The notes beneath the pieces were generated by a model, which made no database searches, had not been told where the DNA came from, and was given only the letters and a program-made list of their open reading frames with translations. A DNA stretch of 10,455 nt, from the NCBI GenBank assembly GCA_041497895.1, contig JBGQHJ010000161.1:1-10455 (forward strand). The letters are read 5' to 3'. The position numbers and the translations under genes are program-made. Shown piece by piece: positions 1 to 6,258 of this stretch. How positions within the stretch are numbered: position 1 is the stretch's first letter; every line of letters starts with the position of its first letter. The stretch is from Candidatus Methylomirabilia bacterium. GTDB lineage: Bacteria > Methylomirabilota > Methylomirabilia > Rokubacteriales > CSP1-6.

Positions 1-147
1 AAGGGACGGTTCCTGGTCGCGGCCGGGGAGAAGTCGGACACGATCTCCGTGTACGCGATCGAGCCGGCGAGCGGGGCGCTCAGGCTGCTCCACAAATATC
101 CGGCCGGAAAAGGTGCCAACTGGGTGGAGATCGTCGGCTTCGATTGA
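1..147 (+). CDS. 3' end (partial) of a lactonase-family 7-bladed beta-propeller protein (6-phosphogluconolactonase/YbhE-like)
   Basis: Frame 1 reads KGRFLVAAGEKSDTISVYAIEPASGALRLLHKYPAGKGANWVEIVGFD* (TGA 145-147). The G-x-FL-x-x-A-G-E-K-S-x-x-I-x-V-Y-x-I-x4-G-x-L...YP-x-G-x-G-x-x-WV pattern resembles the last blade of Pgl/YbhE-type lactonases. It is absent from the ORF track because it is 5'-truncated. Confidence 0.8.
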   Translation, partial: KGRFLVAAGEKSDTISVYAIEPASGALRLLHKYPAGKGANWVEIVGFD

Positions 148-197
148 CGAGTGTGCACGAAGTTGCAGGACGTGGCTCCGGCGCCGAGCCGCGACCG

Positions 198-210
198 TGT
201 AATCTTGACA
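198..210. promoter_or_regulatory. Imperfect dyad TGTAATCTTGACA (TGTCA-N3-TGACA with one mismatch); candidate upstream activator or operator site
   Basis: AT-rich dyad in a GC-rich context, about 125-135 bp upstream of the inferred sigma54 start. A related dyad occurs at 609-621. Confidence 0.4.
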
Positions 211-306
211 TGGGTCGATGACAGCACGCTGACAGCGCGGCGCCGGCCCTTGCGACAACCTCAGTAGAACTCCCCTCCGGGACTGAAAGTTTCCTCGCGG
301 AATTCC

Positions 307-321
307 TGGTACGCCACTTGC
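307..321 (+). promoter_or_regulatory. sigma54 (RpoN) -24/-12 promoter
   Basis: TGGTACGCCACTTGC matches TGGCACG-N4-TTGC with one mismatch and exact GG-N10-GC spacing (GG 308-309, GC 320-321). It lies immediately upstream of the ORF at 338. Confidence 0.75.
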
Positions 322-337
322 GTGGGCCCGGCCGGCA

Positions 338-547
338 ATGGAGCCCGCTCCGCTTCCCCTGCACGAAGCCATCAGCGAGTTCAAGCGTAAGCTCGTGCTC
401 GAGGCGCTCACCCGGTTCGCGGGTAACCGCAGCCGCGCCGCCGCCGCGCTCAAGATCGAGCGGACCTCGCTCCTGCGTCTAATCCGCGAGCTCGAGCTCT
501 CGGAGCTGGTGCCCGGTCAGCGCGGGCGCCCGTCCGCCCGTCGCTAG
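338..547 (+). CDS. Small stand-alone Fis-family (HTH_8) DNA-binding protein, 69 aa
   Basis: PLHEAISEFKRKLVLEALTRFAGNRSRAAAALKIERTSLLRLIREL matches the L-x-x-AL-x3-x-GN-x-x-x-AA-x-x-L-x-I-x-R-x-[TS]-L-x-R helix-turn-helix found in Fis and at the C-terminus of NtrC-type activators. No AAA+ or receiver domain is present. Confidence 0.85.
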   Translation: MEPAPLPLHEAISEFKRKLVLEALTRFAGNRSRAAAALKIERTSLLRLIRELELSELVPGQRGRPSARR

Positions 548-560
548 CCCGTCCGCATCA

Positions 561-590
561 CCCGCGGCCGCGGGCCCGCTCCCGCGGGCC
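561..590 (+). terminator. GC-rich inverted repeats after the HTH gene; possible hairpin or terminator without a U-tract
   Basis: Perfect palindrome CCCGCGGCCGCGGG (561-574) and stem-loop GGCCCGC-TCCC-GCGGGCC (573-590), beginning 14 nt after the TAG. No poly-T follows. Confidence 0.3.
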
Positions 591-615
591 GAGTAAACGT
601 GCCGCAGATGTCACA

Positions 616-645
616 TTGACCCTCTTCCCCGCCGCAGCCTAGATT
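616..645 (+). promoter_or_regulatory. Putative sigma70-type promoter for the DHOR-gsp operon
   Basis: TTGACC (616-621), 18-nt spacer, TAGATT (640-645), about 80 nt upstream of ATG 726. The -35 box is overlapped by the dyad TGTCACATTGACC (609-621). Confidence 0.55.
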
Positions 646-712
646 CCACGTTCACCAGCTCTCGACGTCGCATCGAAGCGCGGAGAGCGGTTCGTGCAGT
701 CGCCTCGCATGC

Positions 713-719
713 GAGGAGG
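713..719 (+). promoter_or_regulatory. Shine-Dalgarno of the DHOR gene
   Basis: GAGGAGG, separated by 6 nt from ATG 726. Confidence 0.8.
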
Positions 720-725
720 GTCCAC

Positions 726-2117
726 ATGACGAAGACGCGGATGGTTCTGGCGGTGCTCGCGGTTCTGCTCGGCGCGCTGATGGTCATCGCGAATGCGCCC
801 GACGCCCAGCTCTCGATGCGCGCGCGTGATCCCGGACCCCGCGGCGGTCCCGACGCCGCCGGCGGCCCGATGCCCGGCCTCAGCGCGGCGCAGCTCGCGA
901 TCTTCGAGGCCGGGCAGACCGACTTCCGCGATGAGGAAGGCGTGGGCGACGGCCTGGGTCCGCGCTTCAACATGAACAGCTGCGGGGGCTGCCACGTCCA
1001 GGGTGGCATCGGGGGATCGAGCCCCGCGGTGAATCCACAGGTCGCGGTCGCCACCGCGTTCGGCGCCCGCAACAGCGTCCCGTTCTTCGTCAAGCCCGAC
1101 GGGCCGGTACGGGAAGCGCGCTTCAAGTACAAGTCCGACGGGATGCGTGACGGCGGCGTCCACGCGCTGTTCGTGGTCAGCGGTCGGGTCGACTCGAGCG
1201 GGAATGCGAGCGCGTGCGGGATCCGGCAGGAGGACTTCGCGGCCCAGGCCCGGGCGGGCAACCTGATCTTCCGCATCCCGACCCCCACTTTCGGGGCCGG
1301 GCTGATCGAGCAGATCCCGGACGGCGAGATCGTGGCGAACCAGGCCGCGAACGGGCCCCGCAAAGGCTCGCTGGGCATCCGGGGGCGGCCGCATCGGGTC
1401 CCGCTCAACGGCACCACCAACGTGAACGGCAACGACGGCACCATCGCCCGCTTCGGGTGGAAGGCCCAGAACAAGTCGCTGCTCCTCTTCTCGGGCGAGG
1501 CCTACAACGTCGAGATGGGTATCAGCAACGAGCTCTTCCAGACCGAGCGCGACGAGACCGCAGCCTGCCAGTTCGCGCCCACCCCCAACGACGTCACGAA
1601 CCCCGACGCGGCCAACCCGGTCGAGGCCATGAGCGCGATCGAGAAGTTCTCTCACTTCATGCGCTTCCTGGCCCCGCCGACCCCGTCCCCGAGCAAGCCG
1701 GGTGGCGCCACCTCGATCGCCAACGGACGCGGCCTCTTCCAGAGCGTCGGCTGTGCGCTCTGCCACACGCCCGCGCTCCGCACCGGCAACGCCGCGGTCG
1801 CGGCGCTGCGCAATCAGCCGGTCAACCTGTACTCGGATCTGCTGCTGCACGGGATGGGTCCCGGTCTGGCGGACGACATTCTCCAGGTGCAGGCGGGGCC
1901 CGACGAGTTCCGGTCCGCGCCCCTGTGGGGCCTGGGCCAGCGGATCTTCTTCCTTCACGACGGGCGCACCAGCGATCTGCTGGAGGCGATCCAGGCGCAC
2001 GCGAGCGGAGCGAGCGGAAGGTTCGCCGCCTCGGAGGCGAACGGGGTCGTCGCGGCCTACAACCGGCTCAGCGAGCAGCAGAAGCAGGATCTCGTGAACT
2101 TCCTTCGGTCGCTCTAG
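726..2117 (+). CDS. Exported di-heme c-type oxidoreductase (DHOR family, putative peroxidase / 'thiol oxidoreductase'), 463 aa
   Basis: Strong SD and Sec signal peptide (MTKTR-hydrophobic-ANA). Two CxxCH motifs: CGGCH (981-995) and CALCH (1752-1766). Family motifs DGLGPRFN, RIPTPTFGAGLIEQI, RFGWKA, YSDLLLHxMG, FRSAPLWG, FLHDGR, and C-terminal L-x-x-FL-x-SL. Confidence 0.85.
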   Translation: MTKTRMVLAVLAVLLGALMVIANAPDAQLSMRARDPGPRGGPDAAGGPMPGLSAAQLAIFEAGQTDFRDEEGVGDGLGPRFNMNSCGGCHVQGGIGGSSPAVNPQVAVATAFGARNSVPFFVKPDGPVREARFKYKSDGMRDGGVHALFVVSGRVDSSGNASACGIRQEDFAAQARAGNLIFRIPTPTFGAGLIEQIPDGEIVANQAANGPRKGSLGIRGRPHRVPLNGTTNVNGNDGTIARFGWKAQNKSLLLFSGEAYNVEMGISNELFQTERDETAACQFAPTPNDVTNPDAANPVEAMSAIEKFSHFMRFLAPPTPSPSKPGGATSIANGRGLFQSVGCALCHTPALRTGNAAVAALRNQPVNLYSDLLLHGMGPGLADDILQVQAGPDEFRSAPLWGLGQRIFFLHDGRTSDLLEAIQAHASGASGRFAASEANGVVAAYNRLSEQQKQDLVNFLRSL

Positions 2118-2125
2118 AGGACTCA

Positions 2126-3733
2126 TTGGGCGAGGCGGCGCGGCGGGCGGGCGAATCTCCGATCGCCAGCGGCGCCGCCTTGCCCGACGAGGCGCTTCGC
2201 GCGGTCGCCGCGCGGCAGGGCCTGCGGTTTCTCTCCGCCGCCGAGCTGCCGGACCCCGTACCCCTGGTGAAGAATCTCTCCGCGAAGTATCTCCGACACC
2301 ACGTGGCGTGTCCGATCGCGATCGACGGGGGCGTCGTCACGGTGGTCACCGCCGACCCCACCAACCCGCTCCTGCTCGACGACCTTCGCCAGCAGCTCGG
2401 GCCCGGCGTCCGGATCTGCGTGGCCCCCACCGCCGCCATCCTGGAGGCGATTGAGCGAACCTACGAGGCGGGCACCGCGCTGCAGAAGATCGTCGAGGAC
2501 ATCGAGCCCGGAGTCCTCGATCCGGAGGGCGAGCCCGCCGCCGACATCGGCCAGCTCCGCGACATGGCCTCCGAGGCCCCGGTGGTGCGCCTGGTCAATC
2601 TCCTGCTCGAGGAGGCGGTCGCGCGGGACGCCTCGGACGTCCACATCGAGCCGTTCGAGGACACGCTCCGGGTGCGCTACCGGGTCGACGGGCTCCTGTA
2701 CGACCAGGAAGCGCCGCCCCGCCGCCTCCAGGCGGCGCTGACCTCGCGCATCAAGATCATGGCCGAGCTCAACATCGCGGAGCGCCGGCTGCCCCAGGAC
2801 GGGCGCATCCGGGTCACGACCCAGGGCCGGCGGGTGGACATCCGCGTCTCGACCGTCCCCACCATCCACGGCGAGTCGATCGTCATGCGGCTCCTGGACC
2901 GCTCGTCGGTCTTCCTGCCCTTCGACCGCCTGGGCTTCGCCCCGCGGGTGGCCGAGCACTTCGAGGCCCTGATCCACCGCCCTCACGGCATCGTGCTGGT
3001 GACCGGGCCCACCGGATCCGGCAAGACCACCACGCTCTACGCCGCCCTCGACAAGATCAACCGGGCGGATCTCAAGATCATCACCGTCGAGGACCCGGTC
3101 GAGTACCAGCTCAAGGGCGTCAACCAGATCCCGGTCCGACCCAAGATCGGGCTCTCGTTCGCTTCCGGCCTCCGGCACATCGTGCGCCAGGACCCGGACG
3201 TCATCATGGTGGGCGAGATCCGGGATCTCGAGACGGCCGAGATCGCGATCCAGGCGGCGCTGACCGGCCACCTGGTCTTCTCCACGCTTCACACCAACGA
3301 CGCCCCCGGCGCGGTGACACGGCTTCAAGACATGGGCTGCGAGCCGTATCTCGTCTGCTCGGTGCTCGCCGGGGTGGTGGCGCAGCGCCTCGTCCGCCGG
3401 ATCTGCCCGGGATGCCGGGCCCCCCACCATCCGGACCCGGCGGAGCTGCTCGGCATCGGGGTGACCGACGGGACGGGCGCCGAGCTCTTCCACGGCAAGG
3501 GTTGCGACGACTGCCGGGGCACCGGTTATCGCGGGCGCACCGGCATCTACGAGCTCTTCCGGCTCTCCGAGGACGCGCGGAGCCTGATCCTCGGCAAGGC
3601 GCCGACGGCCGCGATCCGGCGCTACGCGGTGGACCACGGGATGGTCACCCTCCGCGAGGACGGCTGGGCCAAAGCGTGCGCGGGCATCACGACCGTGGAG
3701 GAGATCGTGCGCGTGACCCAGGAGGACGCGTAG
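2126..3733 (+). CDS. gspE: Type II secretion system ATPase GspE, about 535 aa (TTG start)
   Basis: C-terminal part of track ORF 1214..3733. GAGGA overlapping the DHOR stop precedes the in-frame TTG at 2126. Motifs: ASDVHIEP, RRLPQDGRI, Walker A GPTGSGKT (3005-3028), Asp box VEDPVE, Walker B DVIMVGEIRD, His box GHLVFSTLH, and the Zn site CPGC...CDDC. Confidence 0.95.
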   Translation: MGEAARRAGESPIASGAALPDEALRAVAARQGLRFLSAAELPDPVPLVKNLSAKYLRHHVACPIAIDGGVVTVVTADPTNPLLLDDLRQQLGPGVRICVAPTAAILEAIERTYEAGTALQKIVEDIEPGVLDPEGEPAADIGQLRDMASEAPVVRLVNLLLEEAVARDASDVHIEPFEDTLRVRYRVDGLLYDQEAPPRRLQAALTSRIKIMAELNIAERRLPQDGRIRVTTQGRRVDIRVSTVPTIHGESIVMRLLDRSSVFLPFDRLGFAPRVAEHFEALIHRPHGIVLVTGPTGSGKTTTLYAALDKINRADLKIITVEDPVEYQLKGVNQIPVRPKIGLSFASGLRHIVRQDPDVIMVGEIRDLETAEIAIQAALTGHLVFSTLHTNDAPGAVTRLQDMGCEPYLVCSVLAGVVAQRLVRRICPGCRAPHHPDPAELLGIGVTDGTGAELFHGKGCDDCRGTGYRGRTGIYELFRLSEDARSLILGKAPTAAIRRYAVDHGMVTLREDGWAKACAGITTVEEIVRVTQEDA

Positions 3734-4971
3734 TGGCCACGTTCGTCTACCGGGCCGCGGACCGGCGCGGCCACACCATCGACGGGGTCATGGAGGCGCC
3801 CGACGTGCGCGCGGTCATCGAGCAGCTCCAGCGCGACACGTACTACCCGATCCGGATCACCCCGCGGGCCGACGCGGGCGCGGACGGGGGCCGGCGCGCG
3901 CTGAGGCCGCTCCACGGCGCCTTCCGCTCGCGGCGCGTCGCCGGGCGTGACCTCGTGGCGTTCACGCAGCGGCTCGCGACCTTGCTCGAGGCGGGGGTGC
4001 CGCTCGACCGGGCCCTGGCCATCCAGGCCGAGCTGGCGCCGACCGAGCGGCTCCGGACCATCACCGGCGACGTGCTGCGCGACGTCCGCGGCGGCGCGTC
4101 GCTGGCCGACGCCTTCGCGAAGCACCATCCCCATCCGTTCTCGCGGCTCTACGTCAACATGGTGCGGGCCGGCGAGCGGGGCGGGGTGCTCGAGAGCACC
4201 CTCGCGCGGCTGGCCGAGTTCCTCGAGGAGGCGCAGGCCCTGCGCGATACGGTCGTGTCCGCCCTCATCTACCCCGCGCTCCTCACGGTGGTCGGCGGCG
4301 CCGCGGTGGTGTTCCTGATGACCTTCGTCATTCCCCGCTTCGCGGACATCTTCCGCGATCTGGGCGGCGCGATCCCGGCGCCGACCCGGCTCCTGCTCGC
4401 GGTGAGCGCGTGGCTCGAGCGCTTCTGGTGGGCGCTCGGGCTCGGCGGTCTCGCCGGGACGCTCGGCGGGCGCGTCGTCCTCTCGAGCGCCGGGGGCCGG
4501 CTCGCGGTCGACCGATTCGTCCTGCGCCTGCCGATCGTGCGCGAGGTCGTGGTCGAGTACGAGGTCGCCCGGCTCGCGCGCACCCTCGGCACGCTGCTCC
4601 ACAGCGGCGTGCCGCTCGTGGGAGCCCTCGCCCTGGTCAAGGAGACGAGCTCGAACCGGCATCTCGCCGACGCGGTCGGCGGCCTCGGCGCGGGGGTGAA
4701 GCGCGGGGCCGGGCTGGCCCGACCCATGGCCGACGCGGGGGTGTTTCCTCCCCTGGCCATTCACATGGTGCGCGTCGGCGAGGAGACCGGCCGGATCGAC
4801 GACATGCTGCTCCAGGTCGGAGCCACGTTCGAGGCCGACACCCGACGGCGGATCAAGCGCCTGATCGCGCTCGCCGAGCCCGGCATCATCCTGGTGATGG
4901 GCCTCCTGGTCGGGTTCATCGTGCTCGCGATGCTGCTGGCGATCTTCTCGATCAGCGAGATCCCCCTGTGA
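3733..4971 (+). CDS. gspF: Type II secretion inner-membrane platform protein GspF, about 412 aa (GTG start)
   Basis: GTG overlaps the gspE stop (TAGTG) after GGAGG. N-terminus F-x-Y-x-A-x-D-x-x-G; FTQRLATLLEAGVPL, YVNMVRAGERGG, ALIYP plus TM, VGEETG and EP plus TM give the duplicated T2SSF domain pattern. Confidence 0.95.
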   Translation: MATFVYRAADRRGHTIDGVMEAPDVRAVIEQLQRDTYYPIRITPRADAGADGGRRALRPLHGAFRSRRVAGRDLVAFTQRLATLLEAGVPLDRALAIQAELAPTERLRTITGDVLRDVRGGASLADAFAKHHPHPFSRLYVNMVRAGERGGVLESTLARLAEFLEEAQALRDTVVSALIYPALLTVVGGAAVVFLMTFVIPRFADIFRDLGGAIPAPTRLLLAVSAWLERFWWALGLGGLAGTLGGRVVLSSAGGRLAVDRFVLRLPIVREVVVEYEVARLARTLGTLLHSGVPLVGALALVKETSSNRHLADAVGGLGAGVKRGAGLARPMADAGVFPPLAIHMVRVGEETGRIDDMLLQVGATFEADTRRRIKRLIALAEPGIILVMGLLVGFIVLAMLLAIFSISEIPL

Positions 4972-5426
4972 GCCTCCGGGCGATCGGGCGGCGGCTCGCG
5001 GCCGCGCTCCGGAGCGAACGGGGGTTCTCGCTCATCGAGCTGCTGGTGGTGATCATCATCCTCGGCCTGATCGTGGGTCTCGTCGGCCCGCGGCTCTTCG
5101 GGCGGGTGGGCCAGTCCAAGCAGGCGACGGCCCGGGCGCAGATCGAGCTCCTGGGCGCGGCGCTCGATCAGTACCGCCTCGACGTCGGGGCCTACCCCGC
5201 GACCGCGGTGGGACTCCAGGCGCTGGTGCAGAACCCCAACGTGCCGAACTGGAACGGCCCCTACCTCAAGAAGAACGCGGTTCCCCCGGATCCGTGGGGG
5301 AAGCCGTACCAGTACAAGTGCTGTCCGGGCGAGCACGGCGACTACGACGTCTGGAGCCACGGCGCCGACGGAGCGCCGGGCGGCGACGGCGAGAACGCCG
5401 ACGTGCTCTCGTGGGAGGCCAGGTGA
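4968..5426 (+). CDS. gspG: Type II secretion major pseudopilin GspG, about 152 aa (GTG start)
   Basis: GTGA overlap with gspF. Prepilin motif RG|FSLIELLVV; ALDQYRLDVGAYP, GLQALV, WNGPYL, DPWGKPY, and the acidic Ca-loop GADGAPGGDGENAD. Confidence 0.95.
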   Translation: MSLRAIGRRLAAALRSERGFSLIELLVVIIILGLIVGLVGPRLFGRVGQSKQATARAQIELLGAALDQYRLDVGAYPATAVGLQALVQNPNVPNWNGPYLKKNAVPPDPWGKPYQYKCCPGEHGDYDVWSHGADGAPGGDGENADVLSWEAR

Positions 5427-5875
5427 GACGCGGCTACACCCTGATCGAGACCGTGGTCGTGCTCGCGGTCCTGGCGCTCGCGGCGGCGGTCGTGGCCCCG
5501 GCGGTCGGGCGGGGGCTCGACGCGATCCGTCTCCGCGCGGAGGCCGCCGGCGTCGCCTCGTTCCTGCGCGCCGCACGGGAGCGCGCGATCGCGCAGCACC
5601 GCACGCTCGAGGTGGGCGTCGCCGACGCGGGGCGCGCCCTCGTGCTGACCGCGTCCCCGGCGGACCCGGTCCGGGAGGACGATCGGCTGGTCAGGCGCCT
5701 CTCTCCTCTCGCGCGCCTCGCCGCCGATCCGGCGCAGCCCCGGGGCGTGACCTTCTTCGCCCACGGTCTCTCGAGCGGCGGCCGGTTCGTCATCGAGAGC
5801 GCGGGGGCGGCGGCCTACGTGGTGCGGGTGGACCCGCTGACCGGACGGGTGACCACCCGCCGGAGCGCCTCGTGA
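5423..5875 (+). CDS. gspH: Minor pseudopilin GspH, about 150 aa (GTG start)
   Basis: GTGA overlap with gspG after GGAGG. Prepilin motif RRG|YTLIE; LRAARERAI, FFAHGLSSGG and VDPLTGRV are typical of GspH/FimT. Position follows gspG. Confidence 0.85.
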   Translation: MRRGYTLIETVVVLAVLALAAAVVAPAVGRGLDAIRLRAEAAGVASFLRAARERAIAQHRTLEVGVADAGRALVLTASPADPVREDDRLVRRLSPLARLAADPAQPRGVTFFAHGLSSGGRFVIESAGAAAYVVRVDPLTGRVTTRRSAS

Positions 5876-6258
5876 GACACGAGCGTGGGTTCACGCTGCT
5901 CGAGGTGCTCGTCGCGACGCTGATCCTGGGCCTCGCGGTCGTCGCCTTGATCCAGCTGAGCTCGCAGGGCCTGCGGCTGCTCAAGCAGTCCGACGACCAT
6001 CAGCGGGCCGCGCTGCTCGCCGACCGGCTCGTCCGCGTGACCGGGGCCCTCGCCGAGGGCACGGAGAGCGGACAGGAAGGGCCGCTCCGGTGGGAGCGGC
6101 GGATCGCGCTCCGGAGCGCTCCCGACGAGCTCGCGCCGTCGAGCGGCCCCACCGCGGATCTCTTGGCCCTGAGCGTGACGGTGCGCTGGGGCGCGAGCCG
6201 ATCGCTCGAGCTCGCGAGCCTGCGGCTGGTCCCGCGGTCGCTTCCGGGGGCTCGATGA
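5872..6258 (+). CDS. gspI: Minor pseudopilin GspI, 128 aa
   Basis: GTGA overlap; ERG|FTLLEVLVA; short beta-rich C-terminus (ESG...W...VTVRW). Size and position fit GspI. Confidence 0.85.
   Translation: MRHERGFTLLEVLVATLILGLAVVALIQLSSQGLRLLKQSDDHQRAALLADRLVRVTGALAEGTESGQEGPLRWERRIALRSAPDELAPSSGPTADLLALSVTVRWGASRSLELASLRLVPRSLPGAR

Noticed and set aside
151..167. GTGTGCACGAAGTTGCA resembling a second sigma54 promoter or an NtrC box
   Set aside because: It lacks the invariant GG and the correct spacing. TGCA-N6-TGCA also does not match the 17-bp NtrC dyad.
205..235. Perfect TTGACA as a sigma70 -35 element
   Set aside because: There is no credible -10 hexamer 16-18 nt downstream (the sequence there is CGCTGACA). 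It is better explained as part of the dyad.
250..306. GGGACTGAAAGTTTCC and a bulged hairpin (261-286) loosely resembling a c-di-GMP-I riboswitch core
   Set aside because: It lacks the upstream GGCAAA-C and GNRA tetraloop elements and lies upstream of the sigma54 promoter. An Rfam search would settle it.
488..499. Perfect palindrome GAGCTCGAGCTC
   Set aside because: It lies inside the coding sequence and is explained by Glu-Leu-Glu-Leu codons that are common here.
601..637. GCCGCAG direct repeat (601-607, 631-637) around the -35 box
   Set aside because: A short GC-rich 7-mer that is plausible by chance at this base composition.
1214..2125. Apparent 839-aa GspE with a roughly 300-aa N-terminal extension, or a DHOR-GspE overlap/fusion
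   Set aside because: The extension is R/G/P-rich shadow-frame translation lying over the well-supported DHOR gene. An RBS plus TTG at 2126 explains the start.
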